Shown: positions 33,320-47,133, numbered from the stretch's first letter. The stretch is 64,000 nucleotides of DNA from Paramoeba atlantica (GCA_977017575.1 CDRNVI010000157.1:1-64000), one strand, 5' to 3'. A program made the numbers and translations. Notes: generated from the sequence alone by a model not told the origin.

Positions 33320-36300
33320 TAACTTGTTTAGGGGGTCCATTCCGCCTGTCATTAATAATTATAATGATAATCCTGAAGAATGATAATTTCTTTGATATTA
33401 TTATTACAGTAAATTATTTCAGAATGCTCAGTTGTACGTTGACACAGAAAAAACGGCTTTTTTGTCGTTTTTCGTCACTATTCTCAGAATTAGTCTGTTG
33501 AACGTTGACAGGCACTTTTTTATGAGGTCAAATCCCAATTCTCATTTTTAAAAAAGAAAACGTTTCGCAAGGAAAACGTTAGCAGCGGAGCAGCTGGCCG
33601 CTTTCGGTGCACAAAAATGACCTCCAGAGATCTCCAACTGTCTCCTCGGTTTACGGAGTTGCCGCTCTATCAGTAGAACACCGCGGTCGAACAGCGCCAG
33701 TTTCCTTTTGTGCAATAGCGCTTTGTTTTCAGAAAAACAAAGTTTCATTACTCGTAGCCACCTGAATGGGACAACGATAAAATTGATCTCCTGTGATTCC
33801 CTGTGACCCCATCTATCTCCACCTACCTATACTCCCTCAGTAATGGAATCGATTTTGGACTATAAAGGACAAATCCTTGTTACTGGGGGGTGTATGCCAC
33901 CCACGGTATACGATACCCCCCCAGTAATAGACCCCCCCGCAACAGAGATTGGACGATTTTTCGGCTGACCCCCAGTAACAGAGATTTAGCTCGGGATGGT
34001 GGTGGGAGGGGGGAGGGGGTGTTGGGGCGGGTGAGGGTCGCTGGGCTGGGTGAGGGTGGTTGCGCGGGAGCGAATGGCGTAGTTGCGGGGTTGTCAGGGC
34101 AGAAAATTAACGAACTCGTGAGTAAAAAAGGTTTTCCCACCAAAAAAGCATACCCCCCCAGTAAAAGAGATTTGGCCATTTGGGTCCAAAATCGATTCTA
34201 TTACTGTGGGGGGATATATAGTATCCCCAGTGATCTCCACTTATCTCTCGCATACTCTCCAGTGAGTGAAGATGAAGCAGTGAGTTAATCATTGAGAGAA
34301 CGAAGGCGCTTTTTTTCAATTCTCATTTTTGAGTGTAAAATTGAATTGAACGTTGACACATGACCGAAGCTCCATTCTCATTTTTCAAGGTGCATTCTCA
34401 TTTTAGCCAGTTGTACGTTGACAGCCCAATTCTCATTTTTAGCGACTCTCAGAATAGTGACGTTTACTGTACCATTATCATTATTATTATTAATGACCTA
34501 GTGTAGCTTCTGTCTGCCACAGTCCGCTTGGAAGAAGGTCGTCCACCAAAGCTTGTAAATTTTTCAATGGAGCCCGATTCATCTAATGGGCGCTTCTTTT
34601 TCAATGATCGAGAAGTCATGGAAAAATAAATACGAAAATATGGCCCAAAACATGAAAATAAGTTGATCATTTTTTAGTTCAAAAAACGTACTTTTTAAGA
34701 CACAAAACCTTTTGTATGAAAATTCTGTATGAAAATAAGTTGATAATTTTTTAAGAGTTTTCACCACATAGAATGATAATTTTTTTAAGCTTATCATTAT
34801 TAATGACAGGGGGAGTATATTTTCCGTGCGGATATGTAGCTAGGGCGTTTAAGGGACAAAACATCAACATTCATCACGTCAATAGATTCAGGAATATTTT
34901 TTCGGTTCAATGTAGCTTGAAAACAAAAAAGTCTGTAAAAATGGGAGGAAGGCATTGGTACCAAAAGTTGGATTATTCTGGACCTTCGCAAATTCTTCAT
35001 TTTTAGTCGCTTCGTTCGAAACGCGTTCGAAAAGCGGCAGTTTTCAACACGAAGGCAGTGGTGGCTTCAAAGAGGGTTCAAAAAGGTCGGAAGCCCTTGG
35101 CGGCACACCTTAGTTATTTTTTACAGGTCAGTCACTATGATGTGGAGTAGAAATACACCCCTGTCCAGCTTCATTTACCCACCCTCCTTACAGGTCTTGT
35201 ATTTTGTTCGATTTTAGAAATATTTGATATGGGGCTGTTTTTCGACCCAATCGTCTCGAATCCGATGTCCTCTTCAATCGAGCGACCTTTTTTTCTTCCG
35301 AAACCTTAAAATTTTTGTCGAAACCCCCGATTTTGTTTTGCCCACCCTAAAAAAATCATTATTTTCAGTTTTTTCCTTAAGAGTTTTCAGTTTTCTCCTT
35401 TCAGTTTTTAGTTTTTTCCTTTAGCCAAGAGATAACTGACTTCCTCTTCTCCCGAATCAGCGTAATCCACCGGAAAGTCGAACCTTGCTCATAGCACGGT
35501 ACTAGGAACTATAATCCTTGTGTGCTTTAGCTAGAAGGAATAGACACGAAATATAAGACGCTATGTTTCAAACATCCTTTAACAGTAGAACATGTTGACA
35601 AATTAAGAAATTCATTCAAAAACTATCGCAAATGACTTCAATTTGTGGTAAAAAAGAAAGGTTATCATATTGGATATTGAATACGTATCTAGTGTCATTT
35701 TTGCGTTCTCTAAGCACGATTTTTTCCAAATGCATAAACTTTTTCCCGAAAGCATGAAAAAAATTACCGTATACCCCCCCCCCAGTAATAGACTGTGGGT
35801 GATGCACACCCGCAGCGCCTCACGTAATATTACTGTGGCTTCCGCTTTATTATGGACATTTTTTTCCGCTTTTGTCCATAATAAAGGAGGGGGGTGATGG
35901 AAAGGGTGTGAAAAAAAGAAGCGGCGCCATGTTTTCTCATACTACGGCAAAAAAAATCTAAACTGTAAAATGCATTGCCACGAGGGCGGGCGAGGATCTT
36001 TGCTTTTCTTTTTTTAAACATGCTCATTGTTCTTTGTTTTATCCAGTTCCTGGGCACAAAATTCTCTTGATGAGATCTGCAAAATGCAACAAAGTGGGGG
36101 GTCACATTTCGTGAGCCGGGGTTCATTAAGCTCGGTTCGTCCCCTTTTCTCGTTTGTGTGATGTGAAAGCTCGCGAAATTACCGCGCATCAAAACTTCTC
36201 CTCTCATGAGAAATTCATTTTTTTAATATTTTTTTGCTTATTTTTATTGAAAACGAGAGGTCTCGTTCCCCTAGCAACGAGCTTCGCCGCTATTTTTTAA

Positions 36301-37231
36301 TATTTTTTAATATTGGCCCACTTGTGGCCCTTGGCCGCGGAGTGTTTGTTTTTTAAAGTTGGTGTGGTATGATGATGCACAAAAATAAAGCAGATTTTTT
36401 TTTCGTTTTTTAAAATGATCTAAAAATGGTGGGAAAGTGTAGATCCCATGATTTTGAACGAGAAAGTGATATCCTAACCCCCTTAGACCCCTTCAAGAGG
36501 AAAATAAAGGGAATTGCTTAAAAAAGTTGAATTTTCACCGTTTCAAGAAAAAATCAATCAAAGTCAAATATTCCACCACGTGAAAAATTCAATGTTTGTT
36601 ATCTGTTTTTGCTCATTTTTGTTGCAAACCAAAGATCTCGTTCCCCTAGCGAAGAGCTGTGACGCCATTTTCATATTGCCCCCCTTCTCCCCCCCTGGCC
36701 GCTGAACATGTAATTTTTCTGCTAATATTAGTATGACTCTGTAAAAAAAATATTGAAAAAGTGTGGTTTTATTTTTTATTCGTGAAGAGGTCTAAAAACA
36801 GCGGGAACGTGCAGATCTCAAAATTTTACACGATAAGATGGTGCTATAACCTATCCACGTCGCGCTGTGCCAAAAATAAGGTGGGGTGCCTTATTGATGA
36901 AGGGGGGTTTATATTCATTATACCAAATGAGTCATTTCGCAGCTTAGGCACCACCACCAGTGCATCACACAAATGGGAAAAACGTAGGTGCCGCGAAGCG
37001 TCGCCGAAATTGTTTTGCCTTTCACTTTCGAATTCTTCCATATTCTGTCAATCACCACAGATGCGTTGCCCCCTTCTAAGTAGCGGGCTTTGCGAATTTT
37101 GGAGAAAAGTGAGGAGAAAAAGGCTGTGAGGCGAAGCGTACAGCATGCGTGACTTCTATTCCGAAAACAACCATCGCGCTTATCGAATCGATTTTTTTTA
37201 AATATTAATCTAGTAGTATAAATTAGTTAGT

Positions 37232-37960
37232 TTATTGATCTACGACTACAAGTTTGGTATTCGAAGAACATCTCAATAATTGAATACTTTTTTTTAATCG
37301 CGGGTGGAGCTTGCTTGCGACTATTGTACCTTCCAGAAGCGGATTTTTATCTAAAGTAAGGGTATCTAGCTTCTCCGGAAGGATTAATAAATCTATCATT
37401 CCTTCGAATTCGTTTCCAGACAAGTATAAAGCTTCCAGAGTGTCCGGGAGTGCCCCGAAATCTAATTTTCCAGTCAAGAAATTATCACTAACGTCAAGAT
37501 GTACCAGATCGACGGGCAACTGTGTAAGGCATATATCACCAGACAATTCGTTTGTTTCCATCCATGCGCCGGTAGAAAGCTTCGGGAGTCTTGTCAGATC
37601 CGGATTGCCTGTAAATTTGTTTCCTCCCAGAAAGAAATGCCTTAACTTTACTAATGGGAAAAGGTCACATGGGACGTTTTCCCCTGATATGCTGTTGTAT
37701 TCAATATCGAACGTCTCAACGGACATTAAAATACATGCAAACTTCATGGATCCACTCAACTTTTGACGGCTCCACCTTATTTCAGTAACTTTCTCCTCTG
37801 AATTACACTTGATGCCTTTCCATTTGCAAGCAGAAATGTCAGAATTCCAGCTCTCATGACGAGTGTGCAAACCACTAATGAGCCGCTCAAGATCCATTTC
37901 TTGTGGTAAATTCAATGCACCAACCTTCGACGGGAGCGTGGATGGCGCTTGGGAATCCAT
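37232..37960 (-). CDS. LRR protein, paralogue of 59502-60215
   Basis: SKVGALNLPQEM, CKWKGIKC cap and ~6 LRRs. Likely ATG at 37960 (MDSQ). Confidence 0.9.
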   Translation of the reverse strand: MDSQAPSTLPSKVGALNLPQEMDLERLISGLHTRHESWNSDISACKWKGIKCNSEEKVTEIRWSRQKLSGSMKFACILMSVETFDIEYNSISGENVPCDLFPLVKLRHFFLGGNKFTGNPDLTRLPKLSTGAWMETNELSGDICLTQLPVDLVHLDVSDNFLTGKLDFGALPDTLEALYLSGNEFEGMIDLLILPEKLDTLTLDKNPLLEGTIVASKLHPRLKKSIQLLRCSSNTKLVVVDQ

Positions 37961-38545
37961 TGCACATAAATTAGATAAAATATTCAAGGTATTAATTTGC
38001 TTTAATGGGTATTAAAGTTATGCAGGGGGAATCAGCTCATATGCAGGGGGGATCAGCTAATGCTGGGGAATCTAAATTTCGTAAAACTTGGCCTACAAAA
38101 TTAACGGGGTTCCGGTTTAGCATACCTGTGACCTGTACCATACCGGGGGGTATGGTATCGACCCAGGGCCGATAGCATACCCCCAACCCCTATGGCAACA
38201 TATGTTGTGTCAACAAAGGTCGTGTTAATCCCAGAAATTAACACGATTCTTTTTTGACACAACATAATTTCTTCCCTGTAATCAGACTTTCAAATGTACG
38301 CATTTGGGATTTTGTTGTTCCGTTTCTTAACGCGCAAACTCTTTGTGTTGAGATCTATAACATGCTACAAAAATTAGCTCAAACGAGCGAAGCATTGAGA
38401 TTTTGGAGGGAGTGCCTTATTTTGCTCAGGGGTTTATGTAAATTGTCCTATGTAAAGAATGGGGGATTACTGATACAAGCTCATAAAGTTGTTGAGGTTT
38501 ATGAAGCTGTGACAATCAAAGCTTGGGCAATATATTTTTTGTATC

Positions 38546-39106
38546 TTACTTCTGAATCCAATCAGCCGGAATGCCCCACCAAACAGTTTTAGGTTGAATG
38601 CCTTCCGGAATTGATCCTTGGAGATTTGTATTCCCCGTTATATCGAATCCAGTAATTTTTGAATCCTTCAGAAAAGAAAGATCAACAAAGCCAGTGAACT
38701 GATTTCGAGAGATGTTCAAAATTAGCATGGTAGGCGGCAGGTCCTCAAGGTGAAGCTCACCTGTAAACCTGTTGCCTTGGAGCCACATTCTTTCAAGTAC
38801 AGGAGGAAGCAACGCGAAACTTACGCACCCGCTCAATTGGTTGCCGCTCAGTTCGAGGTATGTTACAGAACGTGGTATCGAACCCCAGTGCAATGTACCG
38901 GACAGCCCTCGACCACTCCAAGCAATGCGGCTAACTTCACCCTGCTCACTACACGTCACACCAATCCACTCACATGCTGGTGTAGTCGTATTCCATGACT
39001 CATGCAGATGTTGAACATCACTAATAAACTTTGTGAGTTCGTATTCCGGAGGGAGAAACATGCCCCTGACCTTACCTACACGTGTTGTGCTCTTAGGAAT
39101 ATTCAT
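38546..39106 (-). CDS. Short LRR protein (186 aa)
   Basis: GKVRGMFLPPEY, CEWIGVTC cap and ~4 LRRs. Confidence 0.88.
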   Translation of the reverse strand: MNIPKSTTRVGKVRGMFLPPEYELTKFISDVQHLHESWNTTTPACEWIGVTCSEQGEVSRIAWSGRGLSGTLHWGSIPRSVTYLELSGNQLSGCVSFALLPPVLERMWLQGNRFTGELHLEDLPPTMLILNISRNQFTGFVDLSFLKDSKITGFDITGNTNLQGSIPEGIQPKTVWWGIPADWIQK

Positions 39107-39448
39107 GACTTTGTAAATCGAATGTAGCCGTAATAAAAATCGAACATAGCGTATAAAAACAAACTAATGGATCTCAACAGAGAGAATGCACAATGCATTG
39201 AATTATAAGGTTCGTACACTACCGGCTCCCGTTTAAGCACACCCGGGAAGACCCCTTTTAAGCGCACACTGAGCTAAGGTGTAGTTGTTTTTATGTAGGC
39301 GCACTTTTCAACAACAAAAAACGAGGTGCGCAAAAACGGGTGGGGACAGCAATTATCACCCGTTCTTTTGAAAGAATAACTCAGCATTTGAATACAACTT
39401 CTTTAGTACAACTACATTACAACTAGGTATGTACAACTTCACGCAACA

Positions 39449-40228
39449 CTACACCGTTAATAGTGTGATATTAGTGCCGAAAATCATGAATCCGAGGCGC
39501 AGGTTTTTAGGAAGATGGTGTTCCTCTATCTCGCCGCACAACTTAGCGTTCGATGACAAATCGAGGTCCTCTAACGTACCCGGAAGGCTTTTTAAATTAA
39601 CGTTTCCGGAAAATTTATTATCGTGAAGACGCAGAATATTCAGATTTGGGAGTGCACTGAAACAAAGTTCACCTGATAATTGATTCCTGTCAAGACAGAG
39701 ACTGGTTAACCCTAAGGGTAATTTAATTAAACAAACTTCTCCTGTAAATTGGTTACCTGAAAGCATCAAAGTCTTCAAATTCAGCGGGAGAGCGGTCAAG
39801 TCCAATGGCCCGCTAAATTTATTATTCCGAAGACTGAAAGTGCGCAAAGTGGAGGGAAGAGTACCCAGTGGTACTTCCCCAGAAAGTTGGTTATTATAGA
39901 CATAAAAGTTGTATAATGTTTTGGGAAGGTAATCAAACGTGAACGAACCTGTCAGTTTTTTCGTGATCCAATTTATGGCCAATATCTCATCATCTTTGTT
40001 ACAGGACACGCCATCCCACTCACAAGCCGGGGTTGATGTACTCCACGAGGGATGCGTATTTTCAATTTCATGTATAAGTCGCTTAAGACTATATTCTTGT
40101 GGAAGATTAGTTGTGCTCACTTTAGCTGCACGTCGCGTCATGCGTGGGTCTTCAATATCCGCAACAGAAACCGTGTGCAACATCAGAGAAAAACGTTTAA
40201 TTTCTTTATCTAGAAATTTCATGGACAT
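39449..40228 (-). CDS. LRR protein, subfamily of 25612 and 58186
   Basis: AKVSTTNLPQEY, CEWDGVSC cap and ~6 LRRs. Confidence 0.9.
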   Translation of the reverse strand: MSMKFLDKEIKRFSLMLHTVSVADIEDPRMTRRAAKVSTTNLPQEYSLKRLIHEIENTHPSWSTSTPACEWDGVSCNKDDEILAINWITKKLTGSFTFDYLPKTLYNFYVYNNQLSGEVPLGTLPSTLRTFSLRNNKFSGPLDLTALPLNLKTLMLSGNQFTGEVCLIKLPLGLTSLCLDRNQLSGELCFSALPNLNILRLHDNKFSGNVNLKSLPGTLEDLDLSSNAKLCGEIEEHHLPKNLRLGFMIFGTNITLLTV

Positions 40229-40284
40229 TTTACTTTTGATGCATTGAAATTCGAAGGTGTTCTCTCCCTCTCATTAATTTTTAG

Positions 40285-40760
40285 TGCGGTGGTTGTATAA
40301 CTACCGCTCTACCCCCGATTATTGAAAAAAAAATGAACAAAAACAGTGAAAATATAAAGAGAAACACACAAATATAATAGAAGAAAAAAATATAAGAGTG
40401 GGCTCCGGTGGTCCAAAACTGAAAAAAAAAATGAAAAAAATGGGGGGTCCAGGGGGGGGTCCAGGGGGGGTCCAGGGGGGGGTCCAGGGGGGGTCCAGGG
40501 GGGGGGCATACGTCGCGAAATATTTTTTCGAATTTTTTACTTTTCAAAATCGAGCGCAGGGAAGTGGTAGAGTATGCCGCGGCGATATTTTTCGACCCCC
40601 GCCCATGGGGGTACCCCCCCTGGTACGCGCAGGAGGGGTCTGACAAGGTCAAAAATTCCGAAATTTTTGGGGTGACCAAAAACAAATTGACCCAAAAAAA
40701 GTAAAAATATTATTTTTCAAGAACCCTAAAACGTGTTTTAGGAGTTTGGAACCCCAGCTA
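40285..40760. mobile_element. Truncated copy of the hairpin-ended family
   Basis: GCGGTGGTTGTATAACTACCGC end, the conserved AT-rich block and a 5-unit GGTCCAGGGGGG array. Confidence 0.8.
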
Positions 40761-40789
40761 CCATTCTACGACATTTGTTTCGTCATATT

Positions 40790-41900
40790 CGCCTCCTATC
40801 CCTACTGGTACACAACACCTGTTGCCTGGGAGCCTAACATATGAATTTCGTGGAACCAAGCGCGTCAAGATATGTACAACTGGAAAAGAGCGTAACATCA
40901 CAACTTGTTGGATGTGGTGTCGTTCTTCGAAAAATTGTGATGACACCTGGTCGCACCTGATGAACCCACCTCACCTGATTTGGAGCACGCAATCAGAAGT
41001 TGGACCCATTGCACAAGAAACCAAGCGAGCCAGCGTGAAATATAAATGTACCAGCACTACGTCGAAATCTGGTTGGACGACTGGCGTAACATTTTTACAG
41101 TGGGCCAAATTTGAGTTTTGCGACCGATCAAAGTACCCACCTTACAAGACTTTGTTTGTCCTAGATCTTTACGCAGCACATCGCACTAAGGAACTTCTTC
41201 TATACTTGAAGGAAATGCATATCGATATTTTGTTTATTCCTGGCGGATGTACCCCATTAGTACAACTTATGGACACAAGCGTTAACAAAACTTTTAAGAA
41301 AAACTATATGGACAAGTGCAGCACGCAAGTGCAGCACAAAAACTATATGGCGTGCAGCACGCAGCTTTAAGGGACCGGAACGCATGCTAATTACTACGTT
41401 GTATGCTTCATTAAAGATCAGAAACTGTTTTATTAAAAATGATAGCTGTATTATAATAAAGCAGAATAAATCTAAAGTGTATTTTCTGTTTATATTGTTT
41501 TTCCCTTGTAAACAACATTTGTATTCATATACAATGTATTTAATCTATTGGTACGTGGGCTCATGTTATCTCTATCGTTCACGGTATATTCGGAAAGCTG
41601 CTCAAACGATAGTTACCGTTTCTGTAAAAATCCCAACTTCCTCTGAAAGTTGGGCACAAAACCGAAATGGGGAAGTAAGGTCGGGACCTCCTCGTGGTCT
41701 TCCCTGGCACTGCCATCTCGCTGATGGCACTGAAGCCGACCTAATAAGTTCGAAAAAGGGTTTTTTCATTTATACGGATGTATACAAAAATGTGTCATAC
41801 AATTCCTCTTGATGCTACGTGACTTGTCCTACCACGCGACTTATCCGCCTTTTCCGCTTTTTTGGCCTTTTCGTCGGGACAAGTGAGGGGGGGGTGACGG
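40790..41900 (+). mobile_element. 5'-truncated pogo/DDE_1 element (DD35D)
   Basis: SGWTTGVTFLQW..FVLDLYAAH..FIPGGCTPLVQLMD at 40822-41370. Right TIR ..GAGGGGGGGGTGACGG|TA ends at 41900. Confidence 0.8.
41605..41627 (+). other. Spliced-leader-like motif variant AACGATAGTTACCGTTTCTGTAA
   Basis: Shares TACCGTTTCTGTAA with the 5750/16818/52180 copies. Lies ~270 bp inside the right TIR. Confidence 0.4.
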
Positions 41901-42866
41901 TACGCGGGGGGGTCACCCCCGGGTAGGGGGGTAGAAAATGCGCGCCAACACCCCGGCTACCCCTTCTGAGGGTTTTTTTCGAAAAATAGTTTTTTTTACA
42001 AAAATTCGTGCGGTATGCGCCCCATAGACCCCCCCATGGACCGGTCATTTTTTTCAATTTTTTTTTCAATTTTGGACCACCGGAGCCCCCTTTTATATTT
42101 TTTTCTTCTAAGTAATAAACCCCCAGAAGGGGTAGCCGAGGCATTGGCGCACATTTTCCACCCCTGTACTCGGGGACGACTCCCCCTGGTATCAACAGGC
42201 CGGGGCCACCAAGTTCGGTTTTTTCTGAAAAAAACTCAACTTGGCGAAAAATACAGCTTAAAAAATCGTTCTTCAAAATAGTTACACCTATTGCATTTTG
42301 AGAGTTTGGGTCCTATCCTAGCTTTCTAGACCGTTGTTTTCACAAGATATCCCTTCTTGAAGCCGTGACATGCCTCCCAAAATGACGCCCCAAAAAATCG
42401 GTGTCCTGGCAAAACTCGGCAAAACTTAACAGGTTTCAACCCTCTAAGTTTCGATTTTGTTTTTGCCTTCTACTTCAAGTAACTAGGCTCCTGTGATGCC
42501 GAAAATCAAGGATGGCGATATGCTCATGGAGTGGTGGTTTCTTTGCCACTCGGAAAACATGTTTTGATTGTGTATGAGGTATCAGAAGGCAAACGAACCC
42601 TACGGTTTCAAGCAGATAAAAAAGTCCGCCGAACAATCCCACTCTGTCCTAATGGAATATGTACAATGTAAGGCATTGGAGATGTAAAGGCATGGAGACT
42701 GGAAATAGGCGGTGGGCAATTCGTCTCACAAAGAAGCATATATTGCCTTCAAAGACATTAGAAAGTTACATGAGCAACATATCGGGAGCAAACGCGCGCT
42801 TGCCCAAACACATGTAGTCGAACCTGTCGTGATTGTCGAACCTGCTTAATTATAATTATAATTATA

Positions 42867-44205
42867 AACCCCGCGTCATGGAAAGTGATCCCCCACTTTT
42901 TTTTCGTACAAATGTCCGTTTGAGCTGATTTTTGTTGCGTTTTGCAGATCTCAACACAAGGACTTTGCGCGTGAAGAAATGAAACAAAAAGAAGCGAATG
43001 CGTATATTTTATTGAGGAATTACCATTTTTTCACTTTTTCGCCTTTCAATCTTATACACTCCTTAAGGCGTGAGTCAAAGCTTAAGACCGTTTTGTCGAT
43101 CACATTTTGAGACAAGCGAGACCACGCTTTGCGTACACATCGGATGAGTGAAGGCTTATCCGATGGGGTCTGTTCGTCCACCGCCCCTTGGACCATAGAC
43201 CAGACGTTTTCTATTGGGGAAAGATCTGGTGAGTTGGGGGGCCAATTTTTCAGAAGTTCACTCATTGCGCTTTCAATGTACTCCTTTGAGGCACGAGCAG
43301 TGTGAGCCGTTGCCCCATCTTGCTGAAAAATACGATTAGGGGGAAAATCTACCTCTTTTAATGTTTCTATGTACGTCTCACTTGTAATAGATGTGTCATT
43401 TTGTAGAATTACCGAGTACCTCCACCCCACCCCTACAGCACCCCAAACTTGGCATCTTGGTGCCCAACGTACTTTTTGACGCGGGGCTGCTTTTTGACCG
43501 CGCCTTTCCCACATTTTTCTTCTGCCATCATTCGTATCAAATATTTTTTCGTCTGTAAAGATGACACGGGAAATATCCATATTGTAATTCAACGCAAATT
43601 GAACTCTTTTTACTTTTCGTCGTTCGGTAAGCCCTTGGCATAGCGGTCGAGCGGCATAACTGTAATCCAGGGATGATAAGTCTCTCTGTACAGTTCTTTT
43701 TGAAACTTGTATATTCTTTTTCTTCAATTGGGCTGCTATGCGCCTTGATGAATTGAGTCTCGGTACTCCAGCGGGGTCAAGAGGGGTTATATCTTCTCAA
43801 TTTTCGTTTTACGAGTTTTCATTATTTTTTTTCGCTCAGGACTCAAAGTGTATACTGGGGTAGTTTTTTTTTCGTTCAAATATTTTTTAACTATCCTTCT
43901 AGAAACGTTGAAATCACGGGCTATCTCTTTTATTGATACTCCTTGTCCGTGCCTCATCTTTAAAAGAACCTTTCCACTAGAAGTCAGCCCCCCTCTTGGG
44001 AGTCGATATGGTGATTTTGGCATTTTTGAAAAAAGGTTGAAAAAATTAAATTTTTTTTTTACTGAATTTTAAAGTTTTAAAATGAGCTAAAAACAGCGGG
44101 AACGTACAGATCTCAAAATTTTGAACGACAACGTGGTATGATAACCCCCCCACGACCCCCTGTGCTAAAAATAAGGGGGGGGTCACTTATTGGTGACGCG
44201 GGGTT
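42867..44205 (-). mobile_element. Full-length Tc1/IS630-like element (1339 bp), DD35E, one frameshift
   Basis: TA|AACCCCGCGTCA TIRs. ORFs 43787..44023 (HTH) and 43020..43727 (FTDEKIF, QQDGATAH, DLSPIENVW) join with a 1-nt shift near 43795. Confidence 0.9.
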
Positions 44206-44212
44206 TATTATA

Positions 44213-45109
44213 ATTGAGGGTCTGCGGGTCGTGGCACACGAGACCGCGCGAGACCGCGGTTTGGTTTTGGCATGGAGAGACAAAAAAATGCTAGTTTTTG
44301 GATGGAGAGTAGAGCATAATTTGAATAAAAAAGAACTTTCACTTCATATACAGGGGGGGCCACGAAAACTGACTAGCTTCGCATTTTAGCCTCGTGAGGC
44401 CGTTTGAGCTAATTTTTGTTGCAAACGAGAGATCTCGTTCTGAATATCGTGTCTACGCTATTTAGAATACAAAAACTGAAGAAAGCAAGCCTTTCCCATG
44501 GGTCGAAAAACTGAAATTTTTGAGACTTTGCAAATTGAAAAAAGAGCGCAAAATAGCAATTTTTGGCCTTTCGCGGTAGAAACTAAGTCTTAATATCCAG
44601 TATTCCCACCTCCACGCTCACGTAGAGTAGCGAGGCGTGTGGGAAGACTCTGTAACGTGTTCACATACGCCTCGTGACACTCTGCCAACAAGTAGTCCTT
44701 CGCCTTAGGAATAGCAGCTTGCAATTCCGTTCGATTTTTCGGACGAAGATGGGTGTGGATGTACTTATCCATCATAAATGCGTGGAAACACGCATCGGGT
44801 ACTTGCTCAAGGAACACATAAATTATGTGCCCTACGAACCTAGGAAACCGCGGAAGCGAAAGAAGTAAATTGGTTTAGTTTTATTGATCTTTTAATATCA
44901 GTCTTGGTCTGTGTTCAACCTCGCTCTATTTATTCCAATTGAAATTGCGTAGACGAAATTGCGATTGAAATTGCTTAGACGTATACTATAAACGAAAACT
45001 ATTTGACAATCTCTAAAATATCATTATACCCTTTTACGAATATGAGACCGCGCGAGACCGCGCCGAGACCGTGCGAGACCGCGGTTAACGTCACCCGCAG
45101 CCCCTCAAT
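44213..45109. mobile_element. MITE with ATTGAGGG(G/T)CTGCGGG TIRs containing a truncated Tc1 piece (44351-44870)
   Basis: TA flanks and GAGACCGC subterminal repeats. Smaller relatives lie at ~31952-32080 and ~33121-33170. Confidence 0.75.
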
Positions 45110-46208
45110 TATATTGTAACTTTTATATGTAACTGACAGAATTACGTCGACTATCTTTAGATCAACTACAGTACTAGGATTCGTACATCTTTCTAGTTTT
45201 TACTTGAAATAGGATTCGTACGTCTTTCTAGTTTTTACTTGAAATTGTATGCACACAATCGGACACCTTCCGGTCGGCCACCTGCCGAATATTGTGTCAG
45301 TCCGTAAGAAAGAGAAATTTGTTCCGTTTAGATTCATTTTTTCCCGAAGAAGGCCGCAAATTTGAGCTTTTTAAGTACCACTTTTTGCTTATACGGCTAA
45401 AGAGCGTACATTATCACGCCTTCCTAAACACGCTAGGAACCGGTCCTAAGACGGCGTCGTCCTCATGTACATGAGCGACGAAGTGTGAGGGAGAAGGAAG
45501 TAGAGGTACGTGTGAGGGAGAAAGGATATGCCTTTTTCTTTGCTTTTTGTTATTATATGCTTTTAATTTAATTTAATTTAGTACATGTGAGGGAGAACCA
45601 GAGGGAAGAGGGGTGCTTTAACTAATAATCCACTTGATTTTCATTTCATTAATTATTTTTGCAAATTGTATTTACAATGTTTATTGTCGTATCGTACTTG
45701 TAATTTGGGGGTTGGGATTATTACTATACTATTAATTTTCAGTGATACTTGGATGAGCAGCTTTCATGCGTTTTGGCTTCTAGTATCACTGATCCCCTAC
45801 AGCCGGTCAAGCTGTAGGGTTGCAACTTGTATCTCGTGCATCGTCTGGCATACAATCTTGGAACTGTACGATGACCGTTCAGGTCAATCGGCCCTTCGAT
45901 CCCCTATTGACCGTAGGGTTTGAGAACAGTTCGAGTATCACTGATCCGCCAGTAGGGCGTTTGAAGGGTGCATCGATGGAGGTATGTGCTTGACAGAGAC
46001 CAGAGTAGTGATTCTAGCCCTTTTTCAACTGAATAAGGCAGTCAATCCATGTACACGTACAATGACAAAATGTACATGAAGGAACCAAGCTGTTTCGTCG
46101 GAAAACAAAAGGAAAAAAGGAGAAAAGGTACGCTACGGCACTTGCATGCCTGGCACTGTGCTTGGGAACCGGTTCCTCGGTGCTTAGGAAGGCGTGATAA
46201 TGAGGTCG

Positions 46209-47133
46209 TTGCCCCACTGGCCAGAATACCTGTCCAGTAAGGTCAACGACCCATTATCTCAGCGCACGAAACGCGCCAATGCTTGCCTGGCACCGTGACT
46301 GCATGCAGAAAAAAAACTAACTTTTTACACTACCTTTGACGTAGTGAAGCTTTTTGTGACTCGGCTGTGTGTCATGAACCGACGCTTTTGGGGCTCAGCG
46401 TCTCAGTGACGATTTCCACTACTTGTTGCGCAGTGAGGTCTTTCGGACTTCGTTGTTTCCCGGATTTTATGATCCGAGACCTTTATGGCTCAGCGTCTGA
46501 GTGACGCGTTTTCACTACGTGTTGCGTAGTGGGAGGTTTTACACTCTGTTGTTCTTCTGGATTTTATGATTCGAAGCCTTTGCGGCTCAGCGTCTGAGTG
46601 ACGCTTTCCACTACGTGGTGTGTAGTGAGGTCCTTTGGACTCTTTTGCTTTACGGATATTTTGGTCCGTGGAATTTATGATATTTGTTCGGCTGCCATTG
46701 ACTTTAGATTACCCACAGCACACAGAAAAAAAAACATAGCATTAGTATGTTTTTTGAATTAATAAGAACTTTTGAATAAGTTGCATAAGAATAATAGACT
46801 GTTTTGTCGGATGTAATACATGCATATATCGCCAAAAATAAGGTACGCATAACATAATATACCTTTTAAAGAGAAGATCATTTTCATCTGTATTTAATTT
46901 TCGCGACTACAAACCAGCCTTCTCGACGCACTTCGGTGCTGCCGGGAAGATCACTCGCTTGTAGGTGCGGCCCCATGGCTAATTTACTATTGCCAAATGG
47001 GATGAACCTGGTGTCAGTGACTTCATTTTTTTTCTGCATGCAGTCACGGTGCCAGGCAAGCATTGGCGCGTTTCGTGCGCTGAGATAATGGGTCGCTGAC
47101 CTTACTGGACAGGTATCCTGGCCAGTGGGGCAA
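46209..47133. mobile_element. Non-coding element with ~108-bp near-perfect TIRs and three ~97-bp internal tandem repeats
   Basis: 46209-46316 is the reverse complement of 47026-47133. Repeats lie at ~46376-46680. No clear TSD. Confidence 0.8.

Noticed and set aside
37311-37766. Plus-strand ORFs overlapping LRR genes (also 4019, 20634, 30527, 32211, 58205, 59521)
   Set aside because: They are antisense shadows of the LRR coding sequences.
45770-45960. tRNA-like segment (TTCGA motifs, small hairpins)
   Set aside because: No cloverleaf: the T-arm and acceptor stems do not pair.
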